Source: a virus. Taken from it: 64,000 nt of DNA. The notes under the pieces are model-generated. The model was not told the DNA's origin. It saw nothing but the letters and a program-made list of their open reading frames with translations, and did not search any database. The stretch spans positions 32,001 through 96,000 of the IMG/VR virus record IMGVR_UViG_3300001567_000262; one strand, written 5' to 3'. Of the stretch, positions 38,546-47,197 are shown piece after piece (the first letter of the stretch is position 1; the number at the start of each line of letters is the position of its first letter). Both the position numbers and the translations under genes were made by a program.

Positions 38546-40111
38546 ATGAGAACACAAGAGGAAACTGTTTCACCGTCTCTTTCTATGCCGCCCATTCGCG
38601 CGGCGATTTACGCACGCATGTCCACTGAACATCAGCAATACTCCATAGATAATCAAGTGGATGAAATCCGCAAGTATGCCTCCAATCAAAACATGGAGAT
38701 AGTGCGTATCTTTAAGGATGAAGGAAAGAGCGGTCTTACTCTCAATGGTCGTCCGGCAATGAAACAGCTTATAGATATAGCGAGAAGCGGCACTGCGGAT
38801 TTTAGTATAATTCTGGTTTACGATGTCAGCCGATGGGGCAGATTCCAGAATCCAGAAGAAGGGGGATACTACGAATTCATTTGTTTCAAGGCCGGAATCG
38901 GAGTAATTTATTGCGCAGAGGACTTCAAAAATGACGGCACAATGGCTTCCGGGTTGCAAAAATTTCTTAAAAGATACATAGCAGGCAATCAAAGCGACAT
39001 ACTTTCAATGAAGGTTTTTATAGGTCAATGCAGGCTGATTAACCTTGGTTACCGCCAAGGCGGCCATGCGGGTTTTGGATTGCGCCGGATGCTAATCGAT
39101 CATAATGGTGCCCCGAAAGGGGTTCTCAAGTATGGTGAGATGAAAAGCATCCAGACTGACCGTGTGATTCTTATTCCTGGCCCGGACGAGGAAGTGAAAC
39201 TCGTTCGCTGGATATACGAGCAATTCGTTGATCATGGAAAACACGAACGCGATATTGCCGAGATGCTAAATGTAAAGGGAGTAATAACTGATCTTGGCCG
39301 TCCCTGGAACAACAGTACTGTTCGTCAAGTTCTCATAAATGAGAAATACATTGGCAACAACGTATTCAACAGGGTAAGTTTCAAACTCAAAAAGATGCGT
39401 GTGAAAAATCCCAGCGACCTGTGGGTTCGCGCTGATGGCGTTTTCGAGGCGATTGTCGATCCGGATAAATTTATCAGGGCACAGGAAATTTTCAATGAAC
39501 GCACAAAAAAGTATTCCAACGATGAGATGATTGATATGCTCAAAGCCCTTTATAAAAAGAAGGGCTGGCTTTCCGCTATTATTATTGACGAATGCGAAGA
39601 CATGCCTTCCAGTGCTGTGTACAGAAATCGTTTCGGTGGTTTAATCAGGGCATATCGACTGGTGGGATATGTTCCCGACGCTGATTACTCCTATCTTGAG
39701 ATCAACGCTCGTATAAGAGAGATGTATCCACAGATCGTAGAAGAAGTGATCGCTAAACTTCAGGAGCAAGGTGGAACCATTGAGTACGCTGAGGAAACCG
39801 GTCTGATCAAAGTGAACGGCGAATTCACCGCACTTGTAATAATTTCCCGTTGCCATTTCACAGGCGCCGGGGCTTTGCGATGGAACATACGATTGAATCC
39901 GACCCTGACCCCGGACGTCACTATTGCGGTACGGCTTGATTACTTGAACAAGGCGCCCCTCGATTATTATCTCCTTCCCTCACTTGATATCACGGTGGAT
40001 AAACTCAGACTGGCCGAACAGAACGGCATATATCTTGATGTGTACAGGTTTGAAAATCTGGATTTCTTTTACAGCCTGGCTCGCCGTGTGAAGATCGGAG
40101 TTGCGATATGA
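38546..40111 (+). CDS. Large serine recombinase (resolvase + recombinase domains)
   Basis: AAIYARMSTEHQ catalytic motif, DEGKSG, VYDVSRWGR, NEKYIG; start uncertain (38546 or 38585). Confidence 0.88.
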   Translation: MRTQEETVSPSLSMPPIRAAIYARMSTEHQQYSIDNQVDEIRKYASNQNMEIVRIFKDEGKSGLTLNGRPAMKQLIDIARSGTADFSIILVYDVSRWGRFQNPEEGGYYEFICFKAGIGVIYCAEDFKNDGTMASGLQKFLKRYIAGNQSDILSMKVFIGQCRLINLGYRQGGHAGFGLRRMLIDHNGAPKGVLKYGEMKSIQTDRVILIPGPDEEVKLVRWIYEQFVDHGKHERDIAEMLNVKGVITDLGRPWNNSTVRQVLINEKYIGNNVFNRVSFKLKKMRVKNPSDLWVRADGVFEAIVDPDKFIRAQEIFNERTKKYSNDEMIDMLKALYKKKGWLSAIIIDECEDMPSSAVYRNRFGGLIRAYRLVGYVPDADYSYLEINARIREMYPQIVEEVIAKLQEQGGTIEYAEETGLIKVNGEFTALVIISRCHFTGAGALRWNIRLNPTLTPDVTIAVRLDYLNKAPLDYYLLPSLDITVDKLRLAEQNGIYLDVYRFENLDFFYSLARRVKIGVAI

Positions 40112-40992
40112 GCAAACAGTTGAAAGTACAGATGATCCCCATCAATAAGATCAACATCCTGAGTCCGCGAGTTCGTAACAGGAAGAAGTTCCTTGAGATT
40201 ATCAACAATATCTCAATCATCGGGTTGAAACGCCCGATCACCATCAGTCGCCGGATCGAAAACAAAGATGACGACATGTATGATCTCTGTTTTGGCCAGG
40301 GCCGGATTGAGGCCTATATTGCCCTGGAACAAGATCTAATTCCCGCGATTGTCATCGAGGTTCCCCGAAAACAGCGGCTTACCATGAGCCTCGTTGAAAA
40401 CCTCGCGCGGCGCAACCCGCAGATGATTGAATTGTACAAACACATTGGTTTCTTGAGAGACGAGAGAAAACACTCAAACGCTGAGATCGCGCGGAAGATT
40501 GATATGGACCCCTCGCTGGTCGGCGGGATATTACGATTGCTGGATCATGGCGAGGAACGGCTTCTCATGGCAGTGGACAAAGGTATCATCCCAATCAGTA
40601 TCGCCATGGACATCGCTGGACTTTCCGATGCGGATGCGCAGAAAGCCCTGACGGAAGCATATGAGAAGGGTTTGCTGAAAGGCCAGTCAATTATCAAAGC
40701 GCGAAACATAATCAAACAACGGGAGACCATCGGGAGAGACCAGAGAGGCCCGCGGAGAAAACCGAAAAAAGGCCCAACGGCTGATTCCGTCGTTCGCGCA
40801 TACAAAAAGGAAGTGAAGCGACAGAAACAGATGGTGAAAAAAGCAAAGCTGTGTGAAATGAAATTGTATTTTGTTGTCAACGCGATGAAACAACTCCAGC
40901 AGGATGAGAAATTCGTCAGCCTTCTTCGGGCGGAACATATTGACACTTTTCCGCAAAACCTGGATGACCTTGCCAGAGGATCGGCTGTATGA
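40108..40992 (+). CDS. ParB/RepB/Spo0J-family protein
   Basis: IIGLKRPITI, FGQGRIEA, SLVENLARRN, then HTH; ATGA overlap. Confidence 0.85.
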   Translation: MSKQLKVQMIPINKINILSPRVRNRKKFLEIINNISIIGLKRPITISRRIENKDDDMYDLCFGQGRIEAYIALEQDLIPAIVIEVPRKQRLTMSLVENLARRNPQMIELYKHIGFLRDERKHSNAEIARKIDMDPSLVGGILRLLDHGEERLLMAVDKGIIPISIAMDIAGLSDADAQKALTEAYEKGLLKGQSIIKARNIIKQRETIGRDQRGPRRKPKKGPTADSVVRAYKKEVKRQKQMVKKAKLCEMKLYFVVNAMKQLQQDEKFVSLLRAEHIDTFPQNLDDLARGSAV

Positions 40993-41885
40993 GCAATGAC
41001 AAGGTTAAAATCGGTTTCGAGCTCAATGGGATTGAAATTCCCATTGAAAATATTCTGCCTATCAAGATCATCAGCGATTCTGTAAGGAAAAGCCTGAAAT
41101 ACGCCCGCATAGAAACATCCATAAAGGAAATGGGAATAATCGATCCGCCGGTTGTCTTCCCGGAGAAAAGAGAAAAAAAGAAACCGCAACAATACCTGCT
41201 GCTCGACGGACATATCAGGGTTGAGATTCTGAAAAAGCTTGGACACAAAACAGTCTACTGCCTTGTATCAACTGAGGATGAACCTTACACGTATAATCAT
41301 AAGGTCAATCGGCTCACGTCAATTCAGGAACATACCATGCTTTTGAAGTCCATAGAGGGTGGCGTCACCGAGGAAGACCTCGCAAAAGCTCTTGATGTGA
41401 ATATCGGGGTGATAAGGAAAAAGCGCGACATGCTCGACGGGATATGCCAGGAGGCCGTCGAGTTACTGAAAGACAAAGAGATTTATCCGGAATCACTGAG
41501 GCTCATGAAGAAAGTGAAGCCCATCCGCCAGATCGAGATGGCGGAATTGATGAACTCCATCCAGAATTATTCGAAGACCTACGTAAAGGCGCTGATCGTC
41601 GCCACGCGGAAAGCCTTTTTCATAGACGAAGGAAAAACGAAACAAATGATGGGAATCACTCCTGAAGCCCTGGCGCAGATGGAAAAAGAGATGGAGTCTG
41701 TCGAAAAGGATTTCAAGTTGATCGAAGAATCATTCGGGAGAAACATGATGCACTTGATGCTCGCCAACGGATATCTCGACAAGTTGCTTGAAAACGGTCG
41801 GGTCGTCCGGTTCCTCGCATCCAATTACAACGGCATGCTTGTGGAATTACAGAAAATTATCGATACGACGTCACTTGAGACATAG
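40989..41885 (+). CDS. ParB N-terminal / RepB C-terminal domain protein
   Basis: SIKEMGIIDPPVV, LLDGHIRV, YTYNHKVNRL motifs; ATGA overlap. Confidence 0.85.
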   Translation: MSNDKVKIGFELNGIEIPIENILPIKIISDSVRKSLKYARIETSIKEMGIIDPPVVFPEKREKKKPQQYLLLDGHIRVEILKKLGHKTVYCLVSTEDEPYTYNHKVNRLTSIQEHTMLLKSIEGGVTEEDLAKALDVNIGVIRKKRDMLDGICQEAVELLKDKEIYPESLRLMKKVKPIRQIEMAELMNSIQNYSKTYVKALIVATRKAFFIDEGKTKQMMGITPEALAQMEKEMESVEKDFKLIEESFGRNMMHLMLANGYLDKLLENGRVVRFLASNYNGMLVELQKIIDTTSLET

Positions 41886-41892
41886 GAACCAT

Positions 41893-42273
41893 TTATTCGT
41901 AGGAACTGTTTTCAAGAGGTTCATCACTCGCATCTATCACCGATGAACTGAAGTGAATTTTGAAATAGCGGCGGAATGCTTCGTAAGACCTGTCCTCGGG
42001 CCAGAACTTTTCATCTTTTACCCATGCATACAGTTCGTGTTCAAAAAGATCGGGATAGTGCAGTTTGAGCCATTCATCCAGATCGGCGTCCATCTCCGGG
42101 ATCAGGTATGCTGACACCTCATCTCGGAGCACAGACAATACTATGTCATCGCTTTCATCCGGGTTGTGTTTTGCCCATTCGAGAAAAGCATCAGTAGGTT
42201 CAAGAAATATTGAACTGCGATTGACGAACGAGAAATAGGCGCCGCCTTGCGGTTTTTTCTTTCTGAAAAACAT
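41893..42273 (-). CDS. Hypothetical acidic protein
   Basis: 126 aa, VNRSSIFLEP..FLEW...WVKDEKFWP..RSYEAFRRYF; looks like a conserved small family but not named. Confidence 0.6.
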   Translation of the reverse strand: MFFRKKKPQGGAYFSFVNRSSIFLEPTDAFLEWAKHNPDESDDIVLSVLRDEVSAYLIPEMDADLDEWLKLHYPDLFEHELYAWVKDEKFWPEDRSYEAFRRYFKIHFSSSVIDASDEPLENSSYE

Positions 42274-42316
42274 TTCTCAGTCTCCGATATCAAATTTGTC
42301 ATTTACCAATCTGCAT

Positions 42317-43363
42317 TCAGATCAGTTCATACCAAGTGCCGCGTCCTGTGCCGCGCCGGCGCAGGTGTCCTGATTCCACCAGCTTTCGAAGATGCACTTT
42401 GATGGTATTCCGGTTTGCACCGATGATTTTCTCGGCGGCAGCGATTGTGACTCGACCGTGCTCGCGGGCTATCTCGACAAGCTGCTCAGACAGCGGCGGC
42501 AGCGCGGCGATAAGTTTTTCCCGTTCCACCTTTTTCCGAAGCATGTTTTTCTGCGCAATCATGCACTCCAGAAAAAACTCCAGCCATTCGTGAAGTTGCG
42601 ATTCATCCACATCGAGTGTGGACTGCGCCCGCCGCAGCGCTCTGTAATATCCGTCTTTGTTGTCTTCAATAACTCGTTCGAAAGAACTGTACGGCACATA
42701 AGAATAACCGGCCCGGAGCAGCAGTAACGTTGTGAGCGCGCGGGAAAGCCGCCCGTTGCCGTCCTGGAACGGATGTATCGCGAGAAAACGGACCACGAAG
42801 ACAGCTATCACAAGCAGCGGGTGCTGTGCGCTGTCGTCGAGAGCTTCCCCCGCCCATTTCACAAGGGTTTCCATCAGTCGCGGCGTGTCGAAAGGCGATG
42901 CGGTCTGAAAAATCACACCCAGGCTTTTTCCATTTTCATCGAAAGCTTCCACATGGTTCGGCAGCTTTTTGTAGTTGCCCCGGTGACGTTCGTCTTTCTG
43001 GGAATGTTTCAGCAGGATGCCGTGGAACTGCTTGATCTGGTTTTGCGTCAGCGGAATCGCCCGCCAGGAATCGAAAATCATTTCCATCAATTCCGCATAC
43101 CCGGCGACCTCCTGCTCGTCGCGCGAACGGAATGAAAAAACCTGAATCCCAGCCAGAAGCCGTTCGATTTCCGCATCCGTGAGCCTGACGCCCTCTATTC
43201 TCGTTGATGATCCGATGGATTCGATAGTGGCGATCTTTTTAAGCGCCGTCAGCCGGTCGGGCGCAATATTACCCAACGCCTGCCAGCGTCCCTTGAACTC
43301 GTCGATCTCGGCAATAAGGCGCAGAATTTTCTGTGTAATTTTCAGTTTTGCCATGAAATCCAT
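42317..43363 (-). CDS. Class II Fic protein with N-terminal inhibitory helix and C-terminal HTH
   Basis: Canonical HPFQDGNGRLSR, inhibitory STRIEG [(S/T)xxxE(G/N)], C-terminal winged HTH (GTGRGTWY). Confidence 0.92.
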   Translation of the reverse strand: MDFMAKLKITQKILRLIAEIDEFKGRWQALGNIAPDRLTALKKIATIESIGSSTRIEGVRLTDAEIERLLAGIQVFSFRSRDEQEVAGYAELMEMIFDSWRAIPLTQNQIKQFHGILLKHSQKDERHRGNYKKLPNHVEAFDENGKSLGVIFQTASPFDTPRLMETLVKWAGEALDDSAQHPLLVIAVFVVRFLAIHPFQDGNGRLSRALTTLLLLRAGYSYVPYSSFERVIEDNKDGYYRALRRAQSTLDVDESQLHEWLEFFLECMIAQKNMLRKKVEREKLIAALPPLSEQLVEIAREHGRVTIAAAEKIIGANRNTIKVHLRKLVESGHLRRRGTGRGTWYELI

Positions 43364-43449
43364 TTTTGCAGCACCCGCTTTATGGCCTGAATATACCCTA
43401 TATATGGTAATACGTCAATGATATTGGATAATTGTGGGTGTCGGAGCGG

Positions 43450-44133
43450 TTAATCCGTCAATGGTCCGCTGTAACCGCAGACGCCGGTGCGGGGTGAATT
43501 CACGATGGGAAGGAACATATCTTCATCGCATTCATGCTTTTCGGCGCAGGTGGCGCACAGACAGCCTTTTCCCTCATAAACACACTCGCTGCAAATCCGC
43601 ACTGCCGGTTTGCCGCAGACATCGCATGGAATTACAGGCGGTTCGTTACGGGCGAGCAGGTGGACACCTTTTCCGGGTGAGGCGCCTGCATAAGCGGAGA
43701 TGACTTTCAAGACAAGCTGGGTTGTTGTACCAAAGTCGTAATCGTGAGAAAATTTCATTCCGGGTTCCAGAACTTTGCCGATGGCAACGGCCATGCTGTG
43801 GTCGCCCATGGACTTGTCAGGCTGGGAATAATACTCCATTCCATCGATCTTAAAAACACTCAAATGCCCGCAACACTCGAGCCAGATATCCCGGAGAAAT
43901 CCGTCGAACGCTTTGAGCGTCGTGGAGGCTGGCACGTCAACATGGAGCCAGTACATTGGGCCGCCGTGGGCTTCTACGAGAATGTGGTATATCTCAGACC
44001 GTGGCGCCCCCGCGCCGCCGGATTCCGCTGCGCACTTTTCACGGACGCATTTTTCAATATGCCTGGTCATCGCGTTTTTCTCGACAACCTCGCCGCACTT
44101 TTCACATTTCCCCTGAGACGTTTTTCTTGCCAT
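43450..44133 (-). CDS. pRiA4b ORF-3-like protein with Zn-finger ends
   Basis: LRDIWLECCGHLSVF, YDFGTT; terminal CxxC clusters; C-terminal NSPRTGVCGY. Confidence 0.75.
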   Translation of the reverse strand: MARKTSQGKCEKCGEVVEKNAMTRHIEKCVREKCAAESGGAGAPRSEIYHILVEAHGGPMYWLHVDVPASTTLKAFDGFLRDIWLECCGHLSVFKIDGMEYYSQPDKSMGDHSMAVAIGKVLEPGMKFSHDYDFGTTTQLVLKVISAYAGASPGKGVHLLARNEPPVIPCDVCGKPAVRICSECVYEGKGCLCATCAEKHECDEDMFLPIVNSPRTGVCGYSGPLTD

Positions 44134-44174
44134 GAGCGCCTCCTGATGAGAATTCTTCTTTCTCAGTTACTGAT

Positions 44175-44951
44175 TTAAAAACCCGATATTTCCCACTGTA
44201 CGGTATCCAGCAATGCCAGTGAATTTTCGTATTCAATCCTATTCAGAAATACAAATCTGGTCATGCTTTCATCTATATTGGCCGAGAACATCAGAAAACT
44301 GTGAATATGACCTGCAAAAACAAATCGCGGCTTCATTCTGCGCACGAGCTGATACAACGGCTCACATCCGAGATTTCTCTTGATTTGGCGATCCAAAACG
44401 GAGGGATCGGGCAAAACACTATCCCTTTCAATAAAGGGAGCCAGGTTTTCGACCGAAGGCCATTCATGGAAAAAGAGCATGTCTATCTCTTTCTCCGATT
44501 CAAACGCTTTCAAATCGTTCGAGGTTAAGTGGTTGTACTTTGCCTTGCCGATCCTGTCGTAATCTTTGGGCGAGTAGTTTCCTGACACCCATCCCATTCG
44601 CATGCCGTTCTCTTCGCAAACCCCTGATCTGCCGAGGTAGTAGAGGTTTCTTATGATCTCACTTTTTCCTTCGTACTCCGACAGCCAACTGTTGTTCTCG
44701 TGATTTCCACCAATGAAGTATGTCTTTCTGGGCACTTTCTGGTCTGTATAATACTTACAGAAGTCACCCGTCTTCCGATGCCTTGCGGGCACATGTATAT
44801 TTTTCAAATCTCGTTCGTCTCTTACTGCTTGAAAATCGCCAAGTTGAACGACCAGATCGACATTGATGCCTTTTTCCTTCTCAATAAACGACACCCGGTC
44901 AAACATACAGTCAAGGCTTCCGTGAATGTCTCCCGCGATTGCTATGATCAT
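44175..44951 (-). CDS. Metallophosphoesterase resembling RNA lariat debranching enzyme Dbr1
   Basis: GDIHG, GDFQAVRDERDL...VP.RHR...F.KYY, FIGGNHE, NLYYLGRSGV, HEWP, LGCEP...MKPRFVFAGHIH. Start moved to ATG 44951. Confidence 0.75.
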   Translation of the reverse strand: MIIAIAGDIHGSLDCMFDRVSFIEKEKGINVDLVVQLGDFQAVRDERDLKNIHVPARHRKTGDFCKYYTDQKVPRKTYFIGGNHENNSWLSEYEGKSEIIRNLYYLGRSGVCEENGMRMGWVSGNYSPKDYDRIGKAKYNHLTSNDLKAFESEKEIDMLFFHEWPSVENLAPFIERDSVLPDPSVLDRQIKRNLGCEPLYQLVRRMKPRFVFAGHIHSFLMFSANIDESMTRFVFLNRIEYENSLALLDTVQWEISGF

Positions 44952-45127
44952 GTGATTTATTCCACGGCAATTATCGCATCGAGGTTGCAGTATCTGGTCT
45001 TGTAGCTTTTGCCGGCGGCAGTTGTTTCCAAAATGGAAATAACTGAATCCTTTAAATGAAAGGTTGAACCCCTGTGGCCAATAAAACAGCTTTTCCAACA
45101 CCACGCATTAGTTCCCCTACACGTTCC

Positions 45128-47182
45128 TTACCCCATGCCCATCGCCATGATGGCAGCCTTGGTGGGGCTGTCGTAGAACTGCCATTGGATGGCGGTGAGG
45201 ACTGAATCGGGGACTTCCGCGAGGTCCCGCTTATTCTCGCTCGGAATGAGAATGCGTTTCGCTCCGGATTCCACGGCCAACTGCATGCGCTCAGGCATGG
45301 CATTCACCTTTAGTAGCATGCCCTGAACACTCATCTCACCGAGCACTACGGTTCTATCCTGAACCGGTTTCGCAAGAATCGCGGAAACTATCGAAACGAA
45401 AAAAGCCACCGCCGTTTCAGCGCCTTCCTTGGCTTGGTTCAGGTTGATGGCCTGGATGGAAAAATCATATCCTTTCAAATCACGGTCAATCCCCAGATTC
45501 TTTATATTCGCCTTCAGGTATGCGTCAGCGGTTTTGATGGCCTCTTTCATTTTACTGGAGAGATTTCCGAGCGGAATTATTCGCCCCGAACCAGGATTCA
45601 TCTGTGCCTGTAATAAAAACAAAGCGAGCCGATTATCACTCATGTCTGTACCTATCGTATAAACGCTGCCCGGCGCGAGATTCCCTTCAGTGATCAGAGT
45701 GCCGCCGCCCATTTCCGGGAGCGTCACAAATGTCTCCTGTCCGGTCTCCTTGTGAGTGTATGAGAAGTTTGTATCCCAATACTCGATCCCGCCCATTTTC
45801 TTAAGCTGCTCTTTTACCCGCCTGCGCATCTCCATCGCAATTGCGATGTATTCTTCCATTTCTTCGTCCGTAACTTCACCATCCGGATGGAGCAACTTTA
45901 TCAGTCCGGATACGATCTTTCTTACGGCTTTCTGGTCGCGGCCACCGAGATGATTCCCGAATCTGAAATGCCGCTCCGCATAATCTGCATAGCTGTTTTT
46001 TCTTATTTCTCGGAACACTTCGGCAATGTAGTCTGTGACGACGCCGAAATGATTAGTGTACATTTCATCGCGGGTTTTCTGGAACTCCCAGCCGGGAACA
46101 TAAGAATGAATGCGGTCGTAGAAAGCCGTGTCCATTTCTTTCGGCATGGGATAGAAAAGGTTCGATGTGCGCACAATGGTCTCAATATCCCCATCAATGT
46201 TACCCACAAAGACAATCGAACCTTCCGCGGTTATGATGTCCTTGCCGCGGCTGAATGTGCCGTCCTCCATGTATCCTTTCATGATGTTGATGCCGCTTTT
46301 ATCAGAAAAACCGATGCCCGCCGCTTCGTCGAAAGCGACAACATCCCAAAGACAAACCAAGCCCCTTTGCCCGGAAGACAAATTCACGAACATCTGGGCA
46401 GTTGTTGTCTGCCCTCCGGAAACCAAATGGCAGTATGGACTCATCTGCTGGTACACAAAGCTTTTCCCCGTCCCGCGCGGGCCTAGTTCCACCATGTTGA
46501 AGTTTTTCTCGACAAAAGGAATCAGTCTTAACATGCAGTGCAGTTTGCGGCGTTTTGTGTAATAGGGATGGTTCGGTTCGTATCCCATCGAGCGCATCAT
46601 AAGGTCCAGCCACTGGTCTCGGGTGAACTTTTTTCTTCCTTCAATGAACTTCTCAATATTCCGGCTCGAAAGTTGAATCGGCCTGATGCTTTCGACAAAA
46701 AACGGACGGTTCTGTCCTTTGAAAATAAATGTCTCGTCATATTTCAGAACGACTTCCGCCCAAATCCCACCCATCAGCAGGCGGTCATGATTCTTTATTT
46801 CGCTTTCGTCTATGTTAATATAATCGAGATTCAGATTGGACAGATTCGCCCAGTATTTATCATGCGTTTCGACGAGCTTCACGGATATTTTATCTATGAT
46901 TTCATAAGTAGTATGCTGCTTGATTGCCGACTTGATTGCCTCTCGCTCATCGGGTTTCACATATTTGCTCGCCAGCGTCTCCCTAACGAACTCCAGCCCC
47001 TCGTTGATCGTGTCGTCATCGGTCGAGGCGCAATATTTCCCCAACAGAAATTCAATCACGAACGCCGGGACTCCGAAAGAGCTCCGCATCCTTCGCAGAA
47101 GGTCTTTCCGAACGACGAGGCCGGGAAAAACCTCAGTCGCAAGATGGTCCAAGTCGTCCAGAACTATTGGTTGATCTGTCAT
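45128..47182 (-). CDS. brxL: BREX Lon-like AAA+ protein
   Basis: FVEKNFNMVELGPRGTGKS, VVAFDE, MEDGTFSRG; C-terminal Lon-like domain without the usual PSAG serine; follows pglZ. Confidence 0.92.
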   Translation of the reverse strand: MTDQPIVLDDLDHLATEVFPGLVVRKDLLRRMRSSFGVPAFVIEFLLGKYCASTDDDTINEGLEFVRETLASKYVKPDEREAIKSAIKQHTTYEIIDKISVKLVETHDKYWANLSNLNLDYINIDESEIKNHDRLLMGGIWAEVVLKYDETFIFKGQNRPFFVESIRPIQLSSRNIEKFIEGRKKFTRDQWLDLMMRSMGYEPNHPYYTKRRKLHCMLRLIPFVEKNFNMVELGPRGTGKSFVYQQMSPYCHLVSGGQTTTAQMFVNLSSGQRGLVCLWDVVAFDEAAGIGFSDKSGINIMKGYMEDGTFSRGKDIITAEGSIVFVGNIDGDIETIVRTSNLFYPMPKEMDTAFYDRIHSYVPGWEFQKTRDEMYTNHFGVVTDYIAEVFREIRKNSYADYAERHFRFGNHLGGRDQKAVRKIVSGLIKLLHPDGEVTDEEMEEYIAIAMEMRRRVKEQLKKMGGIEYWDTNFSYTHKETGQETFVTLPEMGGGTLITEGNLAPGSVYTIGTDMSDNRLALFLLQAQMNPGSGRIIPLGNLSSKMKEAIKTADAYLKANIKNLGIDRDLKGYDFSIQAINLNQAKEGAETAVAFFVSIVSAILAKPVQDRTVVLGEMSVQGMLLKVNAMPERMQLAVESGAKRILIPSENKRDLAEVPDSVLTAIQWQFYDSPTKAAIMAMGMG

Positions 47183-47197
47183 ATAATCGCCTCCCGG

